Positions 51,152 through 64,000 of a stretch of DNA of 64,000 nt are shown here, one piece after another. The notes beneath the pieces are model-generated. The model had not been told where the DNA came from. It made no database searches and saw only the letters and a list, made by a program, of their open reading frames with translations. The first letter of the stretch is position 1. Each line of letters begins with the position of its first letter. The stretch covers positions 81,594,001 to 81,658,000 of the forward strand of contig CM052816.1 of NCBI GenBank assembly GCA_028534125.1, written 5' to 3'. The position numbers and the translations under genes were made by a program. The DNA comes from Lama glama. Its lineage: Eukaryota.

Positions 51152-52739
51152 CTGAGGAAATGGAGACGGGAAAAAAAATCCCTTGTCAAGACATTCTGGG
51201 CTTGAGAAGGGCCCTTTCCCTGGGGCTGGGGACGGCTGTGAGAGGGGACAGGAAAATCGGAGAAGTCGGGACAACTGGAGACAGCTGGGACAGGACGGCT
51301 TTATCCTTCCGTCTGGCTGGGTCCAGATGCCCAGTTAGGGGAGTGAGGAGCTTTGTGATTTCAGACGGTCACTTAGGTCACCACCATATCCCCCGTCAGT
51401 GTCAGTGAAATGTCTCCCATCCAGGCGGAGACATGACAGAGGAAACGAGACCCCTCGGTTTTAGGATCGTTAAGTCTCCTTTTCTCTGTCCTACCGGCCA
51501 TCCTGCCCTTGCGACTGAGTCATCAGCTGAGTCTCTGAGCTAAGCCCCAAAAGGGTGAAGGTATCCTGGGCTCACCAGGAATCCTTCTCTAACCCACAGG
51601 CCCTCTCTCTTCCCAGGTGACACACCCTTGCCCAGATTTCCTCTGTGGCACCTGTGACATTGCACTGCATGTGTCTGTAACCCCTGTCCCCCAAGAGTTA
51701 TAGGACATTGAGGGTAAAGTCTCACAATGCCTCTTTCCCCCACGTGTCCGTACAGTCACGCTTCATAAGCAGAAGGATGAACAGAAAAATTAACAAAGAA
51801 AGTGCCTGAGTTACCGCTGTTGCAGGTATCAGATCTGGTGTTACAACATGGGTGTACAAATATGTTCTGTTTCTTTATTTCCTTTAAATTAAATGAATGA
51901 CTTGGAGCTTCCATCCCACTGGGTTGGCAGGAGACCCAGTGGTCACGGGGTCTGCCTGCGTAGAGTCGGTCAAGGGTGGCAGACTGTTACAGAGCACTTG
52001 GTAGGCCCGGTCAATCGTGGTGGGTCAACAGTCCTATGGGTTCCCACTGGGCCTCCAATGGTCTGGTCTCCCACGATCCCAAAGAAGCCAGAGGCTCTCC
52101 ATCTCCACTGCTAAATATGGGATGGGCAATCTGGTGAGGCTGAGAGACGCAGACCCAGAGCCCAGGTTCCACCATCATCTCCAAGGGCTTTACGTCGGCA
52201 CCCAGGGTGCTGCTCTGGGACCCATGCTCGTCTCCAGCACTCCCAGATTCACCCCACTGTTTCTCTCTGGTCTGTAGCCTCTCCCCGCCTTGCCCTCTTT
52301 CAGTGCATAAGCCAAGTTCTCTCTCCTCCCCTGCCTCTCCAGTTTCTCTCTGTCTGCGTCCTTTAGGGCCTGCATCATAATCTTTTCTATGAATTCAGCC
52401 TTTAACAGAATACAGGAGGCACCAGAGGCTTCCGACAGCCTCTGCTTTCTGTCCTTCAAAAGTACCTAAAGAAGAGAAATGATAAGAACCCCAGAAGTTG
52501 CATGGAATGGAAAGAAAAGGGGAATAAGAAAATAAAAAATAAGAGAACAAACAAATTGGAATTTTAAGGAAAAGTGTGGATGGAGAAGGCTTCAGGAAAA
52601 CAGAACATCATGGCCAGTGTCCCTGGGTTTACTTATCCACACCACCACGAAGACATCTCTGTCCCCATTCATTTTTATTTCCCTCTTTCTCATCTCCAGT
52701 TATTAACTAGAATTCCCCACATGTAAATTATACACCAAG

Positions 52740-52768
52740 ACACACACACACACACACACAGACAGACA
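52740..52768. repeat. (CA)n/(CAGA)n microsatellite
   Basis: Directly visible. Confidence 0.9.
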
Positions 52769-53692
52769 AATCCAGGGTAAGGGTGTACAAAAATGGTGAG
52801 ACCCATTAGAAATAGCGCACATGGAAAACAGACATGAACAGTTCTATGTAAGCTCATCTCTGGGCACAGGAATTTCCTAACTGCCAACTTTCCAAAGACA
52901 GACTAGAACCTAGACCCAGGATTCATGGGAAAATGGCTGTCTGATGAAAGTTCCCTAAAACATACAACATCTGGGAAGTGTGATGATGCTCTTCTGGACA
53001 TGAACTATCTAAGGCCTTAATCCTTCAGTAATTACTGCCACTTAGATCACTCCAGCAGAGATAAGGTTAACTGCACTTGCCCGTTATCTCTAGCTATGGG
53101 ACAGATGAGCGTGAAACATTGACAGTCTGTGCCCTGGTCCTCTCAGTGGTCTATTCTTCAGACTAAATACTGCAAGCTCCTTCAACTAAGCCTCATGAGA
53201 CATATTTTTCCATGTCCCCTGTGCCCTCTTGGACTTGGGCAGACCAATACCACTATGGTTTGCCATTTTCCTCTTAATATCAGGGTACCTGGATTGAACA
53301 CTAATTCCAGACTAGATTCACCCCCCTCATCAGTGAAACCCTACCTTTAAATGCCTACTATATAGATGTGGGTATCCAACATATATACACACCCTACTGT
53401 GCTTCACAAATAGGAGATGCCCCATGTATATAGAAGCAATTAGCTACATGGCAAGGAAGTGCCTTACATTTTGAGACAAGTACATCCCTCTAACTCGACA
53501 TGGACCTCTTCTTTGTACATGCTCTGTCTAAGCACCGTCCCCTTTCCTGCTTCAGACAACTGTTCAGGTTATAAAAGAAGTTTTGGAGTGTGAATTGTTT
53601 TTAGGTTACGAGAAGAAAAATTCTCATTTATCCCCCCCCATCTGCATGACAGAGACACACACATATAAGTGTGCATCAAATCTCAACAGACC

Positions 53693-53788
53693 GGGGTTGG
53701 GGGTGGGGGCTATAGCTCAGTGGTGGAGCATGTGCTTAGCATGCTCGAGGTCCTGGGTTCAATCTCCAGTACCTCTGTTTAAAGAAAA
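53693..53788 (+). mobile_element. tRNA-derived camelid SINE (Vic-1 type), short form
   Basis: Same head; TSD aaatctc(a/g)ac(a/t)gacc at 53678-53692 and 53789-53803. Confidence 0.9.
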
Positions 53789-54237
53789 AAATCTCGACTG
53801 ACCTACAAATCCAGACACAGTCTATTTAAATCCCATCACTTTCCCAAGTCACCAGCCACAGCCTATGGGAGGCAAGACGGCTAGATGTCCAGAATGGGGT
53901 GGTCTGTTGCATGGCACGGCCTTGACAAGTAACCACATGACACCAGCACCTCCAAAGGCAGGATAAGTAACATTCTCTTGAAACTCAAGCTGGACTAGAA
54001 AGAAATCCAGTCTCTCCTCCGTGGTTGGCAGAACCTACAGCGTCCCCAGCAGCTGGCCGCTGCCTGTGCTCAGAGCTGCTTAATTAGAACCGCTCGTGCC
54101 TGGTTTCCTTCTGTGCCCAGCATCTTCGTTATGAACTGTAAGTACCAGTGCTGTGACCAGACGGAAGAGTCCCAGCACCCGAGGGAAGGGCAGGGAGAGG
54201 ACAAGGAGGCAGAGAAAGGGGGAGAGTTACTAGTCAC

Positions 54238-54380
54238 CTGTGAGCGGCACCTCCTTCCTTCACTTGAGTGACAACGATAGCGTGAGGTGAGCGCTTTGAT
54301 CCTCGGCCTCCACTAACCTGAATTCCCAGCCCATCCGATTCTTTAAGCAGCTCCATCTTCCATATCCGGCCAACTTCCTC
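54238..54380 (-). CDS. PDZD2: PDZD2 coding exon (~exon 4, 143 bp): first half of PDZ2, EEVGRIWKMELLKESDGLGIQVSGGRGSKRSPHAIVVTQVKEGGAAH(R)
   Basis: GLGI carboxylate-binding loop; acceptor ttcttccaag|GAG, donor AG|gtgact; phase 0 to 2. Confidence 0.97.
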
Positions 54381-54548
54381 CTTGGAAGAAAAAGTGAGCA
54401 CACCGTGAAGAATATGGACACACACATGCTACTGTCACAGGAGAGCGGAGCTGGCAGGTCAGGCCCGGTACTCATCACTTGTCAACAGATAGCGCAGGTG
54501 ACCACAGATGGGAAAATGCCATGGGCTGGACCAAAGTCTCGAGCGGGC

Positions 54549-54749
54549 AGTGCTACCCAGTAACACTTTGTATGATGATGGAAGTGTTATCTATGTTCCG
54601 TCCACTCTGAGCCACCAGCCACAGGTGGCTATTTAATGCCTCAAATGCAGCTGGTGGCAACTGAGATGCTGAATTTTTCATTTCATTTTATTTTAGTTAA
54701 ATGTAATTAGCCACCTGTGGCTAGTGGCCATGACGCTGGACAGCACAGC
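54549..54749. mobile_element. MER3-like hAT-Charlie MITE
   Basis: tagccacctgtggctagtggccatgacgctggacagcacag hallmark. Confidence 0.75.
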
Positions 54750-57399
54750 AAGAGTGATCCGCGAATCCCCTGACCGAGGTCCTGCTAAGTGATGCTGCTT
54801 CTGCCTGAAACCCAGACACCACTATGTGTGTAAACACCAGCTGTGTCTGGGTTCCTTTTATTTACGACAGCTGCTAATTAATACAGGAAGATGAAAGGAA
54901 GACAAAGGTAGGTCTTGGCGCCAGGAGACTTCAACTAGTTTGAGCCCAGCTCCGAACTTATGGAAATCATCTAATGTCTAATAAACCCTCAGTTTCCTTG
55001 CCTTTAAACTGGGGATGATTATTAATACTTCCAAGTTTGTTATTAGGATTAAATATTTATGGAAACAGGCAGCAGTGCTTCAGACATGTAGCAGATACAT
55101 AATGCATGTTGATAAGTAGCCATCTATTACTTACACAGGCATATTAGATACGTTAAAAACATCATAATGAATTGAATCTCAAATCTCCTTAAAACGTATG
55201 AATGAGACCTTTGGTAGGAGAAGCCACAATAGGAAATTAATTGATGAATTTGTTATTAACTTCACACATTGGTCAGAATGCTCTTTAAATACATTAAAAA
55301 ATGCTTCACTAACTATAAAAATCTATCCTTTAAAAAAACGAATCAAGGTCTCTAATTCCTCTGGACTGCCACTTTTCTGCTTTGGTTCCTTCTCCATTTG
55401 ACTCTGTGTTTCACTCCAAGGACGTAAACATATGCCCACTGAAAACGTCTGAGTTCCCTCAGATACTGAGCTGTTCTGAAAAATGAAAGCAAAAGCTTTC
55501 AATGGGATTTATCGGGGAGTCTGACTTTAGGCTCATTCCAGAGTTCTTTCTAGCTCTAGGTATACGGGTAGGGGTCACAATGTGATCCTCAACATATAAA
55601 ACAAAAGCCATCTGCCTTCTTTATCCATCATGAAGGTCTCATGGAACTGTTAAGGTCCAATACAGACAAAGCCATCATCTCCCCAGAAATAGGCAACCTG
55701 CCCATTCAAGCTGCTTGCAAAGGAGAAAAAAATGTGAAGCATTTAGAAAAGCTGAAATGCATACTGTCAGAAACTAAAATGAAACTTTATGCAATAGTAA
55801 AAAAAAAAAAAAACAGATGTTGAACTGTCACTGATGTGCAGCAACAGGAATGTCTAGGGAAATCACTGCCAGACAGAGACCTGTTGGGTCCTCCACGTTT
55901 TCTGGTCCAGCGCTGCTTGCTGGGGCTCCACGGCTCCAGCAACCTGCAGCGGGGCCAGCTGTCTCCTTCGTCCTCCGACCACAGACCCACGAAGCCCGTC
56001 TGGCCAAATGTAACTTCAGAGGCCACTGGCTCACTGCTGTAGTTCATGAACTTGTCAGTGCTCCCTACATCATCCAGTCGTCTCACTTTGGACTCCATGG
56101 GTTTTGGTTTGTTGCCTCTGACCCCTGGAACACCTTCCTCTCTCACTCAGAAACAGCCTCCCTGGCCTTCAAAGTCAGTCCCAGCTCCACTACTTCCAAG
56201 AAGCCATCCTTGAGAATCAGTGCTACTGCCGAGACAGCACACTTCCAGGACGTGAGACCTTCTGGCTGGCGGAGACCCCCAAAGGGAACAAATGCAGGGA
56301 TGTGATCAGCTGTTGTCCTGGCATGCTCACTGGCACGTGGCCAGCCCTGTGGCTGCCTCCCTGGGCCTCACACTGCAGGTTAAGGGCAGAATGGTGGCTT
56401 GACTTGTTTTCTCCTTGGAAGTTGTGCCGTGGCTCCCGGGGTCTTGAAGATGTGTGACAGTGTTCCTCCCTCCCCCAGGAGAGAAAAGCTCTGGGACTCT
56501 TTCCCAAGAGCAACAGGGACCACTATTAGAGCCCAGAAATAAGAAAACCCATTTGGTTTTATTCCAAATTAGTAACAACCTATCCACCCCTCTCACTAGT
56601 TATGCCATCATTTTCTCCTGTCCTGCCCTCCTCTTGCTAAACAGAATATGTTAACATGGTTCAGAGGGTGTGACAATACGAGATACAGTCCTTTCTAATT
56701 TTTAAATGCTTTTGAGAAATAGGATGTGTGACAAGAAACATGCAAAAACTATGATCACGGGGAAAGAATAAGGGCCTAAATGTTCATCCTGACAGAGGAG
56801 TTAAAGACAGCTTTCATCAAGAGCAGCCACACGCCTGCTCTACACCCCTGCCTCCACCCAAGACGCACACAACTTAGTTAAAAGCAACTTAGTTAACTTA
56901 ACTTACTCAAAAGCAAAGCAAAACACAAAACTAATAAAAATGGCTCCAGACTGCAGAAATGACCAACGTGTCATGGAGCCCCCAACTACACTCATCCAGA
57001 AACAGATCTTTTCCACTTTTATCCAATAGTATGATCCCCTCCCCCAATAACAGACAGTAAGTAGGAAATATATGGGGAGAGTTCAAAGAAATCAATGCAC
57101 ATTTCCTCACCCTGGAATTTCCTGACCATCTCATGAAGGAATTCTGAGGAACACAAAGGGAAGCAGAAACAGGAAGAGGCAGATGTTATCAGCCTTAATT
57201 GTACAACTGTCAGCCTTAGATCTAGCCACCTAGAGCTGAAAGCTGCATTCAGTTAAAAATAAAATCAGTGTCTAAAGTTTATTAAGCTAAAGCTGGCATT
57301 GGCCAAAAACCAACAGGCTAATTTAAGTACAATAATATTGAGTGTATTTCCAACTACCTCTTCACAATTCTACTCGTGTATCTACAACACACACCAGTT

Positions 57400-58330
57400 G
57401 GGCCGAGACAGGACTCTCCTCTCCCGTTCCTGGCTTTCCCGTCTCAGTGGGAACAGCAATATCATCTACTCAGGCTTAAGAGGATCTGCAAACCAAAAGC
57501 CCATGAATGATCTTTGATTCATCCTTCTATTTTCTACACCTAAACCATGAGCCGGGTCTGTAGGGTCTAATTGCAAAATAGATCCACATTCATCCACTTC
57601 TGCTCCTCTTTTCTGCCACCACCCTTGTCAGAGCCTCTGGCATCTTCCACTTGGGTTATCACAATAGCCTCCACTCTGGGCTCCCTTTTTATTCTTTACC
57701 TTTCACAAACTCTATGCCCCATTACACATCTAGGGTGCCCTTTAAAAAAAATACTTCATGATGTACTCAGCTTAAACCTTGCAACAGCTCCCTACTAGAC
57801 TGAGAATGAGGTCCACACTCTGCAATGGTTTACACGAACGTTTGTAACCTAGCCCTGTCCACATCTCCCACATCACCTCCTAGTACCCTCTCCATCCCTC
57901 ATTGTGCCGCAGTCTCTCTGCTCCTGGGATAGGCTACATTCCTGCCTCACGGCAGCTGCACGTGCTGGCTCCTCACATGAAAACATTCTGCACCCAGATT
58001 CTGCAGGGCTGCCCTTTCCTGACACTCAGTCTTCAGCTAAAACATGGCCTCTTTAATGAGATCTTTGCTGGCACCCAATATCAATTAGCCTCCCCCCCAC
58101 AACGTCACTGCCCCACCATCTTTCACTTTCCTCTGTTTTATTTCATTTATTGTACTTGTGGTCAGCGTCTAACATTCTGATTTGTTTATTTGCTTAGTTG
58201 TTGCTCGTGGCCCTGGTACGTGATAAATACCCCAGGACAGGAGCCTTGTCTCTCATTTACCAGTGGGTTCTCCAGCAGCTAGAACAGTGCCCAGCATGTA
58301 ATACTGCATACATGCCCTTGAATTAACAGA
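57400..58330 (+). mobile_element. L2 LINE 3' fragment
   Basis: Pyrimidine-rich L2-type sequence ending agaacagtgcccagcatgtaa...tgaattaa; boundaries approximate. Confidence 0.6.
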
Positions 58331-60679
58331 TAGACAATGTTTATCCACTAATCTTATGGCTCCTCAAAAGTTATTGAGACTGACGTTGAGAAGTTCGCCC
58401 AGATGGGAGACCTGCGTGTTTGCCAACGTTCAGTGTGTGAACACTGATCCAGTTGTAGAGATGATTGAGTTCTGAAACAGACCCTGTCTAGACAGATGGC
58501 TTGGACCTTTGCTTCCTTTTATATTGGCTTAAAGGGCAATGAGAATTTGTCAGCCGGTTGAGAAAAAGCCAAACCATGCAAAATTGGATACTTCGGATGT
58601 CTGTGTTAATGTTGTCGGAGCGCTACCCTTTCCCGTAAACTGCCAATCACTGTGTGAGCTCACACTCGTATCACTTCACGAAGGCACACACAGGATTAAT
58701 TTACCAAAACAGGGGTAGTGAATTAAAGGAGCTGCCTCGGTTGCTTTTAAATGACCTCATCTTCTGCTGGAACCCAAAATAAAAATTTACAACAGCATCT
58801 TTGCCCCAAATGTGAGAAGACACATCATCCCACTAGCATTTCACTGCAGTAAGTTTTCTGGCTCCAGTTGCAGACCTATTCTGAGACTGTTTATCCTTCC
58901 TACTTCGAATGAGCCATTGGAAATGAAGAAACATGTGATCATAATGTCAGAGTTGAAATCCCTTAGTCATCAGACCAAAAGGCTCAGCCTGTAGGTGAGA
59001 AAACTGAAGCTCAGAGAAAGGACATGCCCCCCCCCCCAAAAAAAGGCTACCGAACTGGGGGTGGAAGAACCAGGGCTGGAACTTGGTGCTCTGTCTCTCA
59101 GGCCTGGTGGTCTTGGGTGCCTTCAGTAATAAATATCTCCAGAGCGCCTGCACGTGCAAGGCACTGAGCTGGAACAGAGAGAGCAAAGGCTCAGAGGCAA
59201 GAATGAGCATAGCCTTTTGAAAAAAACGAATTCAGCCCATATCAGGGAGGAAGAAAGCAGTGAGAAACAGAGGCAGAAAGTTAAGCAAGAATCCACTGAA
59301 GGGCCTCACATGCTATGTCAAGACAAGGTACTCAGGTGTTACCCCAAGGGCAAAGTGGATCCGCCAAAAGGGTGTAAGCTGCAGCACGCATGTGTGTGTC
59401 CGTGTGCGCACATGCATGCACGGTAAGATGTACTCTTTAGAAAAGCCCTGGATGCAGTGGGGACAATGGATGATGGGATAAGAGAGGGAGCAGCGAGATG
59501 GGTGCGAGATTGTTGTAACTACAGAGGTGAGAAAGGAAAGCAGCCTGGCCCTGACCTAAAGCTGTAGGAGGGACATGGAGAAGTGGAACGGGCAGTGATC
59601 CTAAAGACAGCAGGCGGTGACAGGATTTGGTGATTGACTGGATGTGGGGCAAGGGAGAGGGCAGTGTTCCAGCTGACTCCAGATGCCAACTGTCCCCATG
59701 TGCCTGGGTGAAAGGCCTTTCCCAGAGTATGGGATTGTCAGTGCAAAACCAGGGAAAGTCCTGCACAAACCAGGGTGAGTGGTCACTGGTTGAATCTCAG
59801 GTTTCTGGCTTGGGCAGCTCTGTGGATGGTGAGACCTGGAACACCGGAGCGGGCGTGGTGGTGCTGGGAAGCAGCGCACCAAGTTTTAGGCATTATGTGA
59901 AATATCTAAGACGGAGACATCCTGCAGGCAGTTGGCAGAAAGCTCTTAAGGGCTCAGGAGAGAGGCAAAGGCAGACACAAACTTAGGAGACAGTACCACA
60001 TAAAGGATAAAAGTTCACCCAGTGGCCACAGGGCTTTTTAGAAGAGGACCACCCTCCTGTTGCCTCTGCTTGATGCAAACATCAAGGACCACCCAGGAGA
60101 TGAACTCAGTGTGACTCCCCTTCTGTGTCTCACACTTCGCTGAAGATTCAGACCCAGGGCAGCTGTCCTGCGGTCTCTGCTGAGCCACTTACAGACAAGG
60201 CCTAGAGAAGGGGTCTGCCACTGCGCAGGGTGGATTTGAGGAACCTAGGGTAAGACCACAAATGGACCCATAGACACTGCGTCAGTTGTCGATAAACTCT
60301 CCTGACTGGCAGATGGTAGAATTCTTTTTTCATTGTTATGTGACTAACTTCAGTGTGTTTATTTTTACCATGCAGCATTATAAGAACATACATTATGTGT
60401 ATGTCACGTTGGAGGGGTAATGATCCTTACTAGACAGGGAGTAAGGAACTCTGAACTCATTTCTAAAACTGCTTATCTATGTGCTAGGAGATACTTTGGT
60501 TTAGAAGATGGGCCCAACTTTCACATTTTAAAAAATTAACCTGGTTGCATATGTATCATTATGTGTTAATATGTTATAGATAAAGCAATTTTTTTAAAGG
60601 AGATACTTGTTAAAAGGAAATGTGTTTCCGCTAGGTCCATTAAGGGAGAATAGAAAATAAAAGCAAAGTCTGAGGATTT

Positions 60680-60802
60680 TGGAGGGGGGATGTAATTAGG
60701 TTTGTTTATTTATTGATCTATTTTTAACAGAGGCACTGGGGACTGAACCCAGGACCTCCTGCATGCTAAGCATGTGCTCTCCCACTGAGCTATACCTTCC
60801 CC
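60680..60802 (-). mobile_element. tRNA-derived camelid SINE (Vic-1 type), long form
   Basis: Same head on the minus strand; TSD ctgag(g/a)attt at 60670-60679 and 60803-60812. Confidence 0.9.
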
Positions 60803-63058
60803 CTGAGAATTTGTTTTCATGTAACAATTAGGTCTATGAAAAAGAAGTACCTGACAAATAAAAATGGTCTGAATGACTATAAGCCTTGTCTGTGATTTAT
60901 TAAGTCTTTGTAGATATATTAAATCATTAGTAAAGCAGAAACGGAACAACCCTGACATGTCTAATCTCCCGTCATTTGAATGGAATGGAATTTTTCCCCC
61001 AAGGCTTAAGAGGTAAATAGCTAATTTTTTGTTTTTTCTGGAAATTCCATCTTAGCATGACCTGGGGCTCATCCTGGAGTTAAATATAAATCCACCCAGC
61101 CCAAGAAGCTAAGAGACCTTCCTTGAGGGTCTCTGGGTCTCAGTTTGGGTACCACCAGGATGCAGAGGAAAGCTATTAAGATCTGTTTCTTGCCAGCTCT
61201 ATCAATCCTGGGTAAATGTGCCTAGTGAAGATAATTCTGGGGTTGAAAAAAGTACTGAAATACTCATGCCTGAGATGGTGTGCTGCCCATTTTGCCTTTC
61301 CAAGACCGAAAGTACAACCAAGGCTTAATAATCAGTCTACAGATTTAGAATAGTTATGAAGAATGCAAATTCCAGATAGTAAGTCTCTCCTTTCTATAGG
61401 CATGTGGCTTAAGAAAAAAAGTCCCAAGGCAATAGGTCAAAGTTTGTTTTTTGTTTTTTTTTTTTACCCTTTCATTTGTATCTTCTTGGACATTTGACCT
61501 TGAGTGCAAAAACCAGGCAAAGGAACTCTAGTATATGCAGTCGTAAGATAGTCTAATCCAGAAATTCAGTTTTATGTTATTGTCTTTAATTAGGATGAGC
61601 AGAGGATGGTGTGGATTTTTTTTTTTAATTCAAAAACAATTTTTTTTTAAACAGTGGGAATTCCAAATTATTTCCACTGTGTCCTAGGCCAGATGAAAGC
61701 CTCTTCTTTGGACTGAATATGAGATTCGGCCTTCAACCTTCGGTACCTTAAACACTCAAAATGATTAAGTGAACCAATACTCTCCAACTTGCTGTTTTCA
61801 CCTTAGGCTTTCTGTGTATTCACAGTCTAAGCATTAGAAGAAAAAAACCATACCAAGATATGGTATTCATTGATAAGGAACATATAATATTTTTATTGCC
61901 CTTAATTTTGGGGAGATGTGTACATTATAATCTTTTTATTGCCCTTAATCCTTCTTTGGGGGGGCATAAATTGGTAGAAAATCATTGTTAGAAACATTAA
62001 TTATTTCTACTTACTTCTTTGTACATTCCATCTACAAATATACCTTCTTTGTGTAAGGCTTTATGAAGATCACCCAGCTCCTCAAATGAAGGAATATGGT
62101 CCCTTGAGAGGAGAGTTATTTTGATTCTTCTCAACCCATTATACAGATTGGCTATAGTTGCAGAAATATGCATGAAATAGCCTTTCCAGAAATTATATTC
62201 ACTCGTGGGGCACCATTTCCCCGGCTGCAAAGCTGAACTTGATACTTTTGTGCCCATTTTCCACCTTTCCAACTTTCTCTTTCATCCTTAAAGGGCATCT
62301 CCTGAGTCAAGCAGAAATCAATAAGGAACCATCTAGGAAGTTACTGTTTTGTTAGGAACCCAGAGGAATATCTGGCCAAGAGGATTTCTGGAGGGAGCAC
62401 ACTGACGCTAAAGAAATGTAACTTTACGAGAGAGTGTGGCTTACAATGGGGGAGACAATCTGAGGCCTGAGGTGTATCTATTACCATTCAGAATAGACCA
62501 CATCTGCTTTAGGTAAGACTAGCCCTGACCATCACAGCTGGATATCATAGTATCAGAGATTGCTGGGAAGCTTCCAAACTTCACCGGAATTCAGCAATAT
62601 AATAACACAATCCCATGAAAATGTCCCTGGTTTTGAAGTGTTAAAAATAAAAGCAGATGCTTCCCTGCAGGTTGGACATCCTGTGTCACACTGAGGCATG
62701 GATATTTATGCTATCAGCAGCCACCAGGAATTCTTGGCCTTCAGTGGCAATTCCACTGGTGACAGCAGTGATAAATAACATTGCAGTTCAAGCACTTTAT
62801 CTGGGCCTCATATGACTCCAATTATACCACAGAAGGCTTGAATTTTCCACTTAGGATCACTCAGCTAGCTCTTTATTTAAATGGGATAAAATGACTTGGA
62901 TTTTTTTGTTGTTATTGTTATGTCCTCTGATCATTTATCTTAATAAATCTGTTGGCTTCTACATGCAAGGTCATCTTAGATGTATTTTCAAATCTTAAAC
63001 GCAACTTCAAACAAAATTTCTTTTAAAATTCAGGTTCTACAGTCAAACCAAACCTTAC

Positions 63059-63560
63059 CCGTGCCAGGCAGTCGCTGGACTGGAAGTCCGTCTTCCCAGA
63101 TTTTGAGAAGTGCCGTTTGTCATTGCTTGTGGGCAGAGGAGCATCTGTCTTTGAAATTCTAGGCTCTGTCCCTCTGTCCAATTCCGACCTGTCTAGATGG
63201 GATCCAGCCACCTCCTTGAGCGAATCTGGGCCATTTTCTAGCTCAAAAGCATGACCGTTTCCAAGTTCAGGGTCTAGGCCATTGTCCAGTTCGGAGACGG
63301 GGTCATTGTCCAGTTCACAGCCAGTGCTGCTCTTGGACTCTTCAGTGGCTTTGTGAGTAGCAGGCCTGGCAATGACCCCAAACTTTCTTGCTCTCTTTCC
63401 CTTTTTCACAGTTTGGTCACTCAGCTCCAAGGTAGGCGTCTCTCCTGGTTCAGAGCTGTTGCTACTGTTGCCGTTATAAGGAGAATGGACTTTGTGCTTG
63501 AAGCGACGCAGCATGATCAGGTAGATAAAGCCGCCATTCCAGCACTGTTCAGCCAGGTAA
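63059..63560 (-). CDS. PDZD2: PDZD2 coding exon (~exon 3, 502 bp): end of PDZ1 plus linker, (S)YLAEQCWNGGFIYLIMLRRFKHK...KTDFQSSDCLAR
   Basis: Translation matches recalled human PDZD2; acceptor tcccttacag|T, donor CGG|gtaagg. Confidence 0.97.
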
Positions 63561-64000
63561 CTGTAAGGGACAGAGAGGTGCCGGTTAAAACCCTCAAAGC
63601 ATCTTCTGGAATGATGCAGCAAGTGGATGCACCCGATGGCCCGGCCAGGACCCACGTGATTAAAAGCCTGGCCAAGTGATCAAGGCACCAAGCATCTTAA
63701 AGAGACTCAACACTCAATTTTTAATCTATTTAATTGTTGACGCTAAAAATAACCCCCAACGCAAAAAGCCACCACGAACTGGAAATTACTAACGAAACTA
63801 CCCGACGATAGGTAGTCAGAGAAGGATTTTTCTATTAACAGCAAATCCTAACATATCATTAAAAAAATTATTCTCCACTCCCTCCACAGTGTGTTGCATC
63901 AGAATTATGCTAGCCTCCCATTCATAGCGTTCTGATGTAGTAACACTGCAAGTCCCCAGGGTAAACCGGAAGAATAGGTTGGGGTAAATGTAAAGTTCTG

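Noticed and set aside
55787..56305. Cluster of 119-151 aa ORFs in intron 3
   Set aside because: No recognisable domain and no convincing splice sites; exons 3 and 4 already join in frame.
2509..62310. About ten AP-1 (TGASTCA) sites across the window
   Set aside because: Roughly 8 are expected by chance in 64 kb, so this is not an enrichment.
63561..63655. N-terminal extension of the 210-aa ORF (MGPGRAIGC...) as a new start
   Set aside because: The start is GTG, and the sequence is intron read-through upstream of a good acceptor at 63561-63562.

Overview
This is mammalian genomic DNA, very probably camelid (alpaca, llama or camel), judged from six tRNA-derived Vic-1-type SINE copies. The whole window lies inside the PDZD2 gene (PAPIN/AIPC, a pro-IL-16 paralogue) on the minus strand. 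I resolved 13 consecutive coding exons with GT-AG boundaries, from 63560 down to 1009. They total 2060 nt in one continuous frame (686 full codons) and encode the end of PDZ1, the linker, PDZ2, PDZ3, PDZ4 and the start of the long central region. They correspond roughly to human exons 3-15 (numbering from memory). The start and stop codons lie outside the window. Introns hold ordinary mammalian repeats (SINEs, solo LTRs, L1/L2/MIR, hAT MITEs, microsatellites) and a 500-N scaffold gap. I found no convincing new biological system. The most notable items are a nested retro-insertion cluster with intact target-site duplications (TSDs) at 17.4-18.8 kb, a nested LTR at 23.2-24.6 kb, and inverted SINE pairs flanking exons. 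Repeat family names come from recalled consensus sequences and need RepeatMasker/Dfam confirmation.
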